From assembly GCA_013239625.1 (NCBI GenBank), contig MU053810.1, positions 4,992,071-5,056,070 of the forward strand: DNA of 64,000 nucleotides, written 5' to 3'. The notes under the pieces are model-generated. The model saw only the letters and a program-made list of their open reading frames with translations. It made no database searches and was not told the DNA's origin. Every line of letters begins with the position of its first letter. Position 1 is the stretch's first letter. Positions 1 through 11,890 of this stretch are shown in pieces. The position numbers were made by a program, and so were the translations under genes. Source of the stretch: Lama guanicoe (taxonomy: Eukaryota).

Positions 1-1283
1 CATTCCATTTTTTCTTCAAAATACGACACTTGTTTTTTAAATGTTTCCACCCACCCAACAGGCTGTCACATCCTGTGAAAATACTGTGCAATCTGGGCAG
101 AAACTCAGATTCAAACTGGAGAACTGAAATACCTCTTCATCGTCTTAGAATAGAACGCTAAATTCCAACTAGGAAACTGGGCTAGCAATTGATTTTGATA
201 TTATAGGCCTAATCCAGAACAACCAAAATTTTTTTTGTCAGAATGAAAATATATATATATTGTAGCCTCCCCTTTTATCTTCATAGGGCAGAAGTAGGAG
301 AGATGTGGAAAGACCTCTCCATTCCTTGATTCAATGAAATTTGCCATCTTTCAATCCTCCCTTGTCCTGTAGATCCCATTCCTCTATTCCTAGAATTGCC
401 TGCATTCCTATCCAATCCCAAAGTCAACTAATCAAGGGTTCTATCTCTAGAGAGGAAAGGTTTGCAGGATGACTTGTAGAATTCACATCTGGGCTTCAGT
501 AGGATAGATGCAGGCTTGCATAACTTTTCTCCTTAAAGATTTTTTCAATTACATTTTAATTTTTCAAAATTGTAACATGGAAAGAAAACAAATAGATATG
601 GCAACTTTGAGAGAGCAGTCTTATGCTACATTCTGTGAACCTACCCTCTTGCCTTCTTCCAGACTCCTACTGTGGCTCTTCGTTGGCTAGATCCACTCAA
701 AGATAATTCAGCCACTGTGTCTTTATATAAATAGAAAGTCTAGAGAGCTAATCTGATCAAAGATGAATGGGAAGAAAATAAAAAGACTGATGTAAACATT
801 TTAAATTGGGGAGGAAAGGGGGAAGATGAAATAAAGAAGCATATTATTTTAAAGAGAAAGAAAAGTTGTATTATAGAAGACAGCTTACCTCAGTAAATAG
901 AAGAAAACTAGAGACAAATGTTTTTATATCCTGAAGGAAATAAAATATACCCAAAATGAAATGACAAGAGAATGAATGAGATCTAAAAGGAGATAGAAAA
1001 GCTCAGAGAAGATATTGAGAGGAAAAAAACCATAGCATTGCAGAAGTAATAAATGAATTGTAAGTAATAAAGAATAAGAAACAGCTGACAGAAAATAGTG
1101 GATGGATGACAGGGTTTTTAAAAGCATTTCAAATGTAAAGGAAAAGGACAAAGAGGTTAAAGTGACTTGACAAGAGATGAAAAATATGGAGGACAAGTAA
1201 CCAAAACGCAAACTTAGAGAAACTGACACATCAAACAAAGAGTTTGGAACTAATGGACCTAAACAGTTGTTAAAAGATATAAT

Positions 1284-1930
1284 GTAGCAGACTACTAAAT
1301 GTTCTCCAATATCTGCTCTCTCCTTCCATAAGAATAGTATTTTAGCTAACCATGGGCTCAATCAGCTAGACTTGATTTCCCAGCCTTCCTTCTAACTAGG
1401 TGTGGCCCTAACACTCCATTCTAGGCAATGAAATGTGGGCAGGAATGAGTGTCTGCCACTCTGGAGGTCTTCCCTAAAAGCATTGAACCTGTACCTTCCT
1501 AGGCTCTTCCTCCTCATGATGGCTGGGAAAAAGGGCTTCCCAGATTTAGCAAATAAAAATAAAGAATGCCCAGTTCAACCTCAATTTCGGATAAACAATG
1601 AACACGTTTTTAGTATATCTCAATTATTGTGTGAGACATACTTGTACTAAAAAATTATTCCTTGTTTATCTACAATTTCAATTGAATTGGGTCTCCTATA
1701 TTTTCTCTGGGAACCCTCTGTAGATACCAAGAACAGGAGTGTCTCCTTTGCCCCAGAGATGGAAGTCACCTGTGGAAGAAGGCAGAGCCATTGCAGCAGG
1801 TCTGAATTGCCTACATCTGGGTTGTTACCAGACAGACATAACCTTCGAGGTCACCACTTCTATACATAAGGACCACCCTATTTTTAAGATCTTTTTGGTA
1901 CAGGAGCTTAGCTTTTGTCTTAACTATATG
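1284..1930 (+). mobile_element. MaLR solo LTR (MLT1 I/J-type), split by MER53
   Basis: Starts tgtagcagac; contains the MLT1 core tttcccagccttcc..ctaggtgtggcc..ggcaatgaaatgtg; MLT1-like 3' end near 1930. Confidence 0.7.
1532..1717. mobile_element. MER53 palindromic MITE
   Basis: Ends agggcttcccagatttagcaaataaaaat ... tattttctctgggaaccct match the MER53 inverted-repeat structure. The internal arms (gataaacaatgaa / ttccttgtttatc) are self-complementary. Confidence 0.9.
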
Positions 1931-2073
1931 TGAATACTTTTTTGCAATGCCAAAGATTAAAAGGACTTACCATCTTACAGGAATTATTAAAAGAGAATAA
2001 TTACTTGGGGGGAAGTTGTGAAACTTTAAACAAAAAGGAATCCTAAAAGTAAACCAAAGTGAATCACAGAAGG

Positions 2074-2272
2074 CAGGGTTTGACAAAGTATGGCCCACAG
2101 CCTGAATCCAGTCTGCTGCTTGTTTCTGTAAATAAAGTTTTAGGGAGTAGACCCACGGTTATTCGTTTCCGTGTCTGAGGCTGCTTCAGCACTGTAATAG
2201 CAGAGGCAGGTAATTGGAACAAAGGTGAAGTATTTTCTATCTGGCTCTTTACAGACAGTTTGCTGACCTCTG
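2074..2272 (+). mobile_element. MER58A (hAT-Charlie MITE)
   Basis: cagggtttgacaaagtatggccc...tgtaaataaagtttt...atctggctctttacaga..agtttgctgacctctg, with terminal inverted repeats. Confidence 0.88.
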
Positions 2273-3179
2273 GCCCAAAGGAAAAAATTACTGACCTCGG
2301 AACTCTTTTCAGTATTAATTGATAGGAAAAGAGTTTTGAAGAAAAAAAGAATGTGACAACCATGTAGTCATCCACATTTAAAAGCAGTGGAAAAACACTT
2401 GCAACTCTGTAAAGATTTGGGAAATATATCACTTTTCCCCCCAGAATTATATAATATGATACTGTTATCCACTAAGAGGGGATTTAAAGTGAATATAAAA
2501 GGGACTGAAACTGAAACTGAAACTGATTGCTATTGTGATTATACAGAATGGACATGTTGGAAATCTGGAAAAAGTACTACAATGAGAAGTAATAATATTG
2601 TATTGTACCTACAATGTACGAGAATAAAATGAGGATACAAAAAAAAAGAGAGGTAGAAGGAGAAAGGTAAAAAAAGTGTTAATTGCTATAATTTCTTCAA
2701 AGTTATAGGGAGTTATGGAAATAGTATTCTTATGGTATTTAAGGCAGGGGTGTTGAGTGACTAAATAATTGGAAATAATGTGAAAAGACAAGCCACAGAC
2801 TAGCAGAAGATCTATGTCACTGATATAACCCACCAAGGATTTCTATCGACAGTTTATGAAGAGCCCCTCTAAACCAATAAATAAAACAGAAAAGCTAAGT
2901 AGGCAATTCACAAAAGAGGAAACACATGTGGCCACTCACCATAATAAAAGATGCTCAATATCACTGGAATCAGAATAATGCAAATTAAAATGATAATGAG
3001 ACCATTTCAAACCCATCAGACTGGCAAAAATAAGTCTGATGACAGCGGGTGTTGAAGTGTTGATGAAGACAGAAGCTCCTGCACACTGAAGGTGGGAAAC
3101 AGAAATCCACAAAACCTGGAAATGCTAACTCCGGTTGCTCAGGCTCCAGTCCCCGCATTGTCTGCAACAGCCGTGTTGA

Positions 3180-4415
3180 CCATTATCTCCACCTTGATAT
3201 TCAAAAAGGGCCTCAAATTGAAGATGCCCTCGTGTGCTTTTCCCATATTCAGTGGCAACTCTATTCATCCTTTTGCTTGAGACCAAAACCTTTGTCAGGC
3301 GGCCTTGACTTTCCTTTCTCTTAGCCCCCACATCCTGTCATCAGTAAATTCTGGCAGCTCTGACATCAAATTGTACCCGGAATCTGGTCGCCATCACAGC
3401 GGACACTCAAATCCAAGCCGGGTCATCAGTCATCGGGATTATGATGATGGTCTTTAACTGGTCTTGAGCTTCTGCTCACAACTTTGCTCGTGTCTGCTCT
3501 CAACCTTGGAGCCAGGGGACCCTTTGAGGACCCAAATTAGATTGGGTCACGTCTTTGCTTAAAACCTTCTATGGCCTTCCTATTTCACCCAGATAAAAAG
3601 CCCAAATTCTTAGGATGCCTTATCTTGGTTCTGTTGGATCCACCTCCTGGTTACTGGTTCCAGTGCAGCCATGCCGATACCCTTGCTGTTTTTCAAACGC
3701 ACGTGCACACGCGCTCACAGGGATGCACGCACCCTCCTTCAGCTCACCTGCTGTTTCCCAAGCCTAGACTGTGCTTCCCCAGATATCCACTCGGGTCTCT
3801 CCCTCAATTTGTTCAGTCTTTCACTCAAACATCACTTTATCAGACAGATTTTTTTTTTGTTATAATCATTTTACAATGTTGTGTCAAATTCCAGTGAAGA
3901 GCACAATTTTTCAGTTATTCTTGAACATACATATATTCATTGTTACATTTTTTTCGCTGTGAGCTACCACAAGATCTTGTATATATGTCCCTGTGCTATA
4001 CAGTATAATCTCGTTTATCTATTCTTCATTTGCCTGTCAGTATCTACAAATTTTGAACTCCCAGTCTGTCCCTTCCCACCCCCCACCCCGTTGGCAACCA
4101 CAAGTTTGTATTCTGTGTATTAGACAGACTATTTATTAGACGATTAGGTTTTCCCTGACTCCTCCACCACTTAAAATAGCATCATATCCACCCTTCCCAC
4201 CCCAACCCAACTGCTTTCTCTCCATCCCTTATACTTTAATTTTTCAAAGCACTAATTGCCACCCGGTGTTTTATATTTTTATTTATTGCCTCTCTCCCCA
4301 GCTTAGAATGTAAACCTCAGAAGAACAGGAAATAAATCTCTTGTTTATTGCTAAATCCCTGTTCCTGGAACAGACCCGGTATATACTAGACACCCAATAA
4401 AATACGTGTTGAAGG
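3180..4415 (+). mobile_element. L2a 3' fragment, interrupted by a young L1 tail
   Basis: L2 motifs accaaaaccttt..ccttgact, and the 3' end tagaatgtaaacctc..aataaaatacgtgttgaa. Confidence 0.75.
3849..4117 (-). mobile_element. Camelid L1 3' end, 5'-truncated
   Basis: Poly-T, then ttataatcattttacaatgttgtgtcaaattccagtg. TSD tatcagacaga (3838-3848) / tattagacaga (4118-4128). Confidence 0.85.
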
Positions 4416-4944
4416 GTAAAATAAAAACCACTTTGGAAAACACATTTTAAAATACAGTAACTAGGAAAGTTGGAGATGCACATACTCTATTCTAAAAGAA
4501 AAATCTACTTCTGGATCTCCACCCAGAGAAACTGTCCCCTTTGTCCCCTTTGTACATAAGCAGAAAGTATAAAGTAACCCTTTCTAGAAAAGCAGAAATT
4601 ACATGCTCTTCAGTCAGTAAATGATAAAATCAGCTTAATTTAGGCAATGCAAGTCTATTTAGCAGGTAAAATAAATATATCAACATCTATCAATTTATAT
4701 CAAAAGAATTACGTTGAATGAAAAGGCAAATTGTGGATGGATGAGCAGTTTGGTGATGTGTATATATGTGTCTACATATCCATATATGTAACATATATTG
4801 TTTATAATATACATATCAGAATTAAAGTGTAAAATCGTGGAATGATAAACATCCACTTCAGGAGGGAAGGAGGAAGGAAAGAAAAGAGGGAGGGGGCAAG
4901 TGTTTAGAGGCAACAGTTTTAGTTCTTTAAAATAAAAAGCTCTA

Positions 4945-5032
4945 GGGGGAGGTGGGTATGGCTCAGTGGGAGAGCACATGCTTAGCAGTCATGAGGTCTT
5001 ATGTTCAATCACCAGTACCTCCACTAAAAATT
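4945..5032 (+). mobile_element. tRNA-derived camelid SINE (Vic-1 type)
   Basis: ggggaggtgggtatggctcagtgg (A box) ... gttcaatcacc (B box), A-rich tail. TSD aaaagctct at 4935-4943 and 5033-5041. Confidence 0.9.
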
Positions 5033-5157
5033 AAAAGCTCTGAATACATATAATATATGTATTCTTCAAGATATATAATATACTTTAGACATAATTTAGT
5101 ATACCATACACTCTATTTATCTACTTCCACAACACATACTAAAACCAAGAACTCTTT

Positions 5158-5243
5158 GTTTAAATTGAAGTAGTCAATTACAATGTGTCAATCTCTGGTG
5201 TACAGCACAATGTCCCAGTTATGCATATACATACATATATTTG
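5158..5243 (-). mobile_element. Very short camelid L1 3' tail
   Basis: ttgaagtagtcaattacaatgtgtcaatctctggtgtacagcac. Imperfect TSD taaaacc(a)agaac(c)tctt at 5140-5156 and 5244-5260. Confidence 0.8.
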
Positions 5244-6138
5244 TAAAACCAGAACCTCTTAACAGCATTTGTCTTTGAGGGGTGGAACTGAGAATGGGGG
5301 AGGGAGAAGAAGAAACACTTTGATCACCATTTGGAGTTTTTTTTTTTTTTCTAAAATTATTTATGAGAAAGCATTACTTCCATTTTTTAAATGACATACT
5401 TTAAATGCCTTTCTTCAGTCCTTGTCAAGGCAAACAGAAAAATTAAAACACTGAGGACCAGAATAACAATTAACAAGCTTGAAATAATAAGTTTCTATTA
5501 AACTCCCCCTCTGAAAATAAAAGTCTACTTTCTGTCAAGGGTCCCATGAAACAGTTGTAAGAATTGACCATATATGTATTACACAGGTGATCAAAACCAA
5601 AATATCAGAGCATCAACAAAGGAAGGAAAATGTTTCACAATTGAATGTTTCTGGTATCTATCTCCATACCCAAAGTGAACTGCTGCAAAATGGAACTGAG
5701 AGGTACATGCTCCTGTAGCGCATCTTGTTCCAATCTGTGCTAGAGCCAAACTACGAACTGCTACATCTCAGAGACCTCCAGTTTGTTCATGAACAGCCAA
5801 ACTGCAAAATCTAATTTACTGATTTTTTTTTACTAGTAAAATTTAGATGCATTATTTTAAATGTTATTGAGGAATAATGGACACAGAGTTGTCTGTATTT
5901 AAAAAGTACAACGTGATGATGTGACATACACAGATGTTGTAAAATGATTACCAAGATGAAGATAACTAATTTACTAATTTAAAATTGAGCTACTTACTAA
6001 AGAGGGAACTTAGAACTTGATGTAAAGTCTGATTTCGAATTCCAATGATATTTTTTGAAAAATGCAGCTTCATCAAATTGAGTTGATAAAAACAGCAAAT
6101 TAAATAGCACCTGGCTTTAATCAAACACAGGCAAGATT

Positions 6139-6313
6139 TGTGCTTCTTAATCCAGACTGCTCATTTGAAACTTCTGGAAGCTTTAAAAACTCCTGAGACT
6201 CAGGCTACACTGGAAACCTATCAATTCAGCTCTCTGGGGGTGGGGCCCAGGCATCAGTGTTTTTGAAAGTGTCTCAGATGATCCCATCCTGCAGCCAAGA
6301 CTGAGACCCACCG
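6139..6313. mobile_element. MER5B (hAT-Charlie MITE)
   Basis: ctctgggggtggggcccaggcatcagtgttttt..gatgatcc..tgcagccaagactgagacccac matches MER5B. Confidence 0.8.
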
Positions 6314-7309
6314 CTGCAGATGCAAATCGAGGAAAAGGGAACTTACATTACAAAAGCCTGCAGAAGCCTGACCCCTTAAAAAGCTTTGTATCTCTGCTTT
6401 CTTTTATTCCAGAGCAGAAGGCATTTTAGGAGTTCTGATTTAGCCCAGAAATGTGAACTGTTCTGTTTAGACTTCATGAAAGCACATGTGGGCGATTTTG
6501 CCGCCATGAAATCACTTGAACCATCTGGCAACGCAACAGGAAGTTATTCTGGTTTCGAATGAAGTGAACCAAGTCCGGTGAGGCAGCAATTAAAACCTAT
6601 CAAAATAGCTTTGACTTTCTGAGTGGTACAGAAGAGTATTCATCCTTTCCAAAGGGATTTTAAAATTTTCCTTCTCCCTTATTTCCATAGAAAAGATTTC
6701 TATAGCTAAGATTTCATTTGAGTCTATTATTTCAAGAAATAAAATAAATCCGAATACTTCAAAGGCTTTAATAAAAACATAAAGCTCAACTTCTTATTCT
6801 CATGAAGGAGAAAGTATAAATCCAATTAATGGGTATTTGAAGTAAATTTTGAAGCCCTACTAAAACTGAAACAGCTTAAAAATGTATGAAGTACTTGAGT
6901 TCAGGATCAAGATGAAAACATGAAGCATTAGTGTAGACAGGTGAGGCGAGGGGGGAAATGGTCTCTATAACATGCTTTTACCATCACTTAGTGGGTGAGG
7001 TGTTTGGAGGTAATCCCCATAATATCAGCTGTTTAGTCTCAACACTGTTCTATTTCTTTTATTGGTTATGCTGTGTCTTTTAATAGGTTTTTCATATGCT
7101 TTCATGAGTTCTATTTTCTTAACCTCTCCATTTGAAGAATTTCTTCCAGCCTTGCTATCACCCCACCCTGCTCCACCCATGCCACCCCATAAGGACACCA
7201 TAAGGGACATTTCATAAGGGACACTGGAGTGGTAAATCTGAGTGTGTCTTTCTGTTGCCCTTGAACATATAAATGTGGTTTTCCAGATTTAGGCCCATTA
7301 TCAATTTCT

Positions 7310-8170
7310 ATATATATTTTGGGGAAACTGTAGATTCACATGCAATTGTGAGAAATAATGCAGAGAGACCCTGAGTTCCCGTTTCCCCCAGTGGTAACAT
7401 CTTACAAAACAATAGGAGAACCAGGATATTGACATTGGTACAGCCAAGACTGAGAACACTTCCATCACTGCAACCAGCAATCCCTGGGGTTGTCCTTTTT
7501 TGAGACACCCCCATGTCTCTCCCACTCCACACCCTTCTTAACTCTTGGCAACCATCATGTCCTCCATTTCTATAATGTTGTCATTTCAAGAATGTTACTA
7601 CATAAATGGAATCATACATTCTGTGAACTATTGGAATCATCTCTTTTTTCACTCAATAAAATTCTCTGGAGATTCATCCAGGTTGTGTGTATCAATAGTT
7701 TCCTCCTTTTTCTTAACAGAGTAGTCTTCCACGCTGTGCCTTATCTCAGTTTGTTTTACCAGGCACCCAAAGAAGACCACTGGGGTTCTTTCCAATTTGG
7801 GGCAGCTTTCCAATTTGCAAATCAAGCTGCAATAAAACTGTTTGTGTACAGGTTTTTGCATGAACATAAGTTTTCATTTCTCTGGGATAAATACCCAGGA
7901 GTACAATTGCTGGGTCATATGCTAACTACAGGTTTTTAAAGAAACTGCCAACATGTTTTCCAGAGTGACTCTACCACTCTACATTCCCTCCAGGCATGTG
8001 TGAGTGATCAAGTTTCTTCACATCCTTGCCAGCATTTGGTGTTATCATTATTTTTTATGGCATTGTTATTTTTATTGTACCATTCTGATAAGTGCGTAGT
8101 AATGGCTTATTGTGGTTTTAATTTGCATTTCCCTGATGGCTATTGATATAAAATGTCTTTTCATGTACTC
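7310..8170 (-). mobile_element. L1MC-type 3' end
   Basis: gattcacatgcaattgtgagaaataatgcagagaga..ccagtggtaacatcttacaaaac..ccaggatattgacattg, followed by typical antisense ORF2-end sequence. Confidence 0.85.
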
Positions 8171-8264
8171 TTCTTATGTTTTTCTTATATATACTGTCCA
8201 GGTTTTCAGTGGTATTTAGCAGCAGCAAGAAGGAAAATACCACATTATCTTTTATGGTGAGTCA

Positions 8265-8478
8265 AAGTAGAATAGCAGTTAAGGGGTCAAGTTCTGCTCT
8301 CACATGGCCAAGGTCCAAATCCTAGCTCAATTACATCCTGGCTGTGCAAACTTGGTCTATTACTCTTTCCTCAGTTTTCCTATCTGCAAAATAGGAATAA
8401 CACTTATCTTGTTTTGAGGATCTAATGAACTAATGCAAATCACTTCAAGGAATATGTTCAATTATTTCTAGTTATTGT
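8265..8478 (+). mobile_element. MIR
   Basis: Core cctcagttttcctatctgcaaaataggaataa. Confidence 0.75.
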
Positions 8479-9174
8479 AGAGGATTCATATGTAATTCAT
8501 AAGATGAGATTGTATGATTTCACAGAATTTAAATACGTGCTTCCCACTGGTCTGGTTTTTAATATTACAAAGAACTATTTTGATGCCAATCTATTTTTCC
8601 TGTTTTCCAGGTGTGTCAATACTGCTTGGAGGATTTTAATTTTTCCTTGCAATTCTCACCTGTGATCAGTTATGTATGGGGGGTATCTCTTCATAAACTC
8701 TTCCAGCCGGGAACTGCAAATGTTTCTGCAGCTCAGAGTCATGGGTAAATTTGGTGCAAATTCTCTTAATTTCTAAGCATATGTAAGACACACCTTCTTT
8801 ACCTAATATTAAATTCCTTTGGTCTTTCCAGGAATTGAGAACAGAGGGCTATGCAGAGAGGGAGATGATTTTGAAACCTGGTTATTCTATTCAAAACCCA
8901 AGATATAAACAAGGTTTATTCATATTTACTCTCCATCTAAGGTTCAGTGTAATATAATATTTTGAGTATTTTAAAATTTGCATATCTTTAAAAGTGTAAA
9001 ATATACCCTTAAAGTGCAGAGATGGGAAAAGTTCTTTTTGAGTGACAAAAAAGGGGCAATCAAATCATTGGCACCATAATAATAATTTCACAGCACTTCC
9101 CCATCATTATCTAATCCTTAAAGTATAGCTACAAATCATGTAAGAAGTGTCCTCATATTTTACAACAAATAGTA

Positions 9175-9500
9175 CACAGACAATAATGAACTCATCTACA
9201 AAACAGAAACAGACCTGTAGACCTAGTAAACAATCTTATAGTTACTGGGAGAAAGGAGGTAGGAAGGGATAATTCTGGGAGTTTGAGGTTTGCAAATGTT
9301 AACCACCACATATAAAAATAGTTAAAAACAAATTTCTTCTGTATAGCACAGGGAACCATATTCAGTATCTTGTAATAACCTTTAATGAAAAAGAATATGA
9401 AAATTAATGTACGTATGTATATGCATGACTGCGACATTGTGCGTCCACCAGAAATTGACACATTGTAACTGACTATACTGAATTGCAGGAAAAAGAAAAC
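9175..9500 (+). mobile_element. Camelid L1 3' UTR
   Basis: aatgaactcatctacaaaacagaaacagac..tgtatagcacagggaac..ccagaaattgacacattgtaactgactatact, then an A-rich tail. Confidence 0.88.
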
Positions 9501-10179
9501 CCCACAGGATTCTAAAACAAGTTTGATTAACTGCACCAAGCTATCCCCATAGAGAATAGGCATTTGGCTATAAATAAATATATGTGCACTAAATGTGCAA
9601 GGTAGTAGTAGGTATAGAATTATCTCAGATGAGTTAAAATAGATTATATATAATGTGTGTACAATTTATAGATCCAAAAACATTTATGGAAAGACATTTT
9701 TGGCAGAAAACTTAAAACAAACTCTGCAGAGTGGGACTAGATAGTAGCAGTATGGTTGGCGGAGGGACTGCTGGATGGAACTCACATATAGAGGAGAGAA
9801 TAGTCAGAAATCTGAGCAAGGACCATGGCATTAGCTTAGGGATAGGGAAGTTAAGAGCAGGATTAGAAATGGAAGAGTAGTAATGGAAATGGAAGAGAAT
9901 TATTGGACAGGTTGAATCTCTTTGATGTGGGATTTAATTGATTATAGGAGAGCTATTTGGGGAGGAGGAGCTTTGGATGTGTTGATTTCAAAGTTCTGGC
10001 TGAACTTCAGGTCTGCCAGTAGTTGCAAAGCTGAGTCTGGCTGTCAGAACAAGATTGGAGCTGAAAGTGCATTTTTTATCTTGTATCTGCCATTAGTGAT
10101 ATCTGGTAAGGTAAACCTCCTTTAACAATATGTTTCTAATTTGTCTTTTGGCTCTTCTTGTTTGACTGGTCGTCTCAAA

Positions 10180-10640
10180 AAATCCCATTAAGATTTTAAT
10201 CAAAATGGTATTAAATGGATAAATTAATTTGGAAAGAATTCACTTTTAGTATATAAGAATAGAGTATCACACTCTCTTATTAATGAACACAGATTTTTCT
10301 CTTCAGTGATTTGTCTTCTTTTATCATCCTCAGTGAAGTTTTATCATTTTTTTCCTGTCCTTCCAACTTATTTCTTATTACGCTTCTTCTTCGGTATTTT
10401 ATACTTTATAATGGTTTGTGATTATATATATATATATACACAAACCATTTACTGGTATCCAGAAAAATAATCAATTTTGCATATTTATTTTATAACTGGC
10501 CAACTTATCAAACTCTCTCCTTAGCTCTAAGAGCTTCTGTTTCCTCTTCTTTCTAATACTTGTGTCAATCTCTTTTTCTTATTATGCTTGATGACTAGAA
10601 TGACCAGGGCAATTCTGAATAACAGCAATTACTGAGGGAA
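10180..10640 (-). mobile_element. Old L1M ORF2 fragment
   Basis: Degenerate antisense ORF2 (gattttaatcaaaatggtattaaat..taatttggaaagaatt). Confidence 0.55.
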
Positions 10641-11263
10641 CAAATACTAGATACTTACTTAGCCCTTGCATAGATAGAAAAGTCATCATCTTGTCTTCAT
10701 GAATGAAAAACAATTTTATTTTCCCTCTGCTGTTTGTTTTTACTGTTTTGACGTTCTTCTTATTTTACCCGCTCTGCTTTTTAAGTCTTGCTTTCCCTTT
10801 TTAATCCCATCCTATCATCTTTTTGGTCTTTTTCTTTCCTCTTTTGTCTTTCTGCTTTAATTCAGAGACAGCATCTTCCTGCACTCTGTTGAGGAAGTCG
10901 AAGAGATTCCTGAAATTCTTCAAGACGTTGTGAAGATTATGCTTTCCCTCTGGTGTTTTACTACATTTTGTAGACACTTCTTTTTCTTCTTTTTCTCAGT
11001 CTTCAATAAGTTGAGATCTAGTCAGACTTTTTTGGTTGCCAGATAGGAGCGTGGACTGTCCTGGCCCTGCTCTGCACCTTTGTGGGAAGATGGAGTTCCC
11101 TTCTTGAATCGACTGTTTGAGAGCAGGTTAAAATGCTATTTGTACACCTGCCAGTTTTTAGTGTATTTTCAATTGTTGTGATTCTACTCATGGCATCTTA
11201 TCTTCACTCCTTGCTCTTTGTAATTAGGGAATGGTTGAAAAATTAATATTCTCACTAGGTATC

Positions 11264-11890
11264 TGTAATGGTTAACTTAAAAAATTTTTTTAAATTTTTT
11301 GCAGGGGGAGGTAATTAGGTTTACTTATTTATTTTTTTCATGGCAATACTAGGGATTGAACCCATGACCTCATGCATGCTAGGCATGCACTCTACCACTT
11401 GAGCTATACCCTCCCCCTATAATGGTTCATTTTTGTGTCAACTTGACTGGGCCATGGGGTGCCTGGATATTTGATCAAACATTATTCTGGGTGTGTCTGT
11501 AGGGGTGTTTCTGGATGAATGCGATCTCTGAATGGGTAGACTGAATAAAGCAGGTTGCCTTCCCCGATGTGGGTGGGCCTTATCCAATCAGTGGAAGGCC
11601 TGAATAGAACAACAACGCTGAGGGAGCAGGAACTCCTTTTGCCTGACTGCCTTCGAGCTAGGGCATTGTTTGTTCTTCCCTGCCTTAGAACTCAGTCTGA
11701 AACACTGGCTCTTCAAGCTGGCCAGCTTTTAGACTTCAGCTACATGATCATTCTCCCAAGTCCTCAGCTTGCCAAACTGCAGCTCTCAGGAGTTCTCAGC
11801 CTCCAAAATTGGGTGCATCTATTCCATACAATAAATCTCTCTATATATACATCCTGTTGGTTCTGTTTCTCTGGAGAACCCTGACTCATA
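11264..11890 (+). mobile_element. MLT2 (ERVL) solo LTR with a SINE inserted near its 5' end
   Basis: tgtaatggttaa..tgtcaacttgactgggcc..gtgggtgggccttatccaatcagtggaaggcctgaatagaac..ggttctgtttctctggagaaccctgact. Confidence 0.9.
11279..11416 (-). mobile_element. tRNA-derived camelid SINE (Vic-1 type)
   Basis: gggattgaacccatgacctcatgcatgctaggcatgcactctaccacttgagctataccctcccc. Imperfect TSD at 11263-11278 and 11417-11432. Confidence 0.92.

Larger units (their letters stand above)
830..2760 (+). mobile_element. Ancient HAL1/L1 ORF1-like fragment, interrupted by MLT1, MER53 and MER58A
   Basis: A/G-rich, coiled-coil-like sequence. 1183-1283 reads like ORF1p MED....N....G.....NG..Q..KDI. It resumes after each insertion. 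Confidence 0.55.
2780..4930 (+). mobile_element. Old L1ME-type ORF2 3' end/3'UTR fragments (2780-3125 and about 4430-4930) flanking an L2
   Basis: Degenerate L1 motifs tgaaaagacaagccacagact, aggcaattcacaaaagaggaa, atgcaaattaaaa and ccactttggaaaac. Confidence 0.65.

Noticed and set aside
924..1361. 145-aa hydrophobic ORF resembling a membrane protein
   Set aside because: It is the antisense of an A-rich LINE ORF1 remnant. The hydrophobicity comes from T-rich codons.
4945..5032. tRNA gene (also at 11279, 36134 and 45162)
   Set aside because: These have A and B boxes but also A-rich tails, TSDs in most copies and dispersed diverged copies, so they are SINEs rather than tRNA genes.
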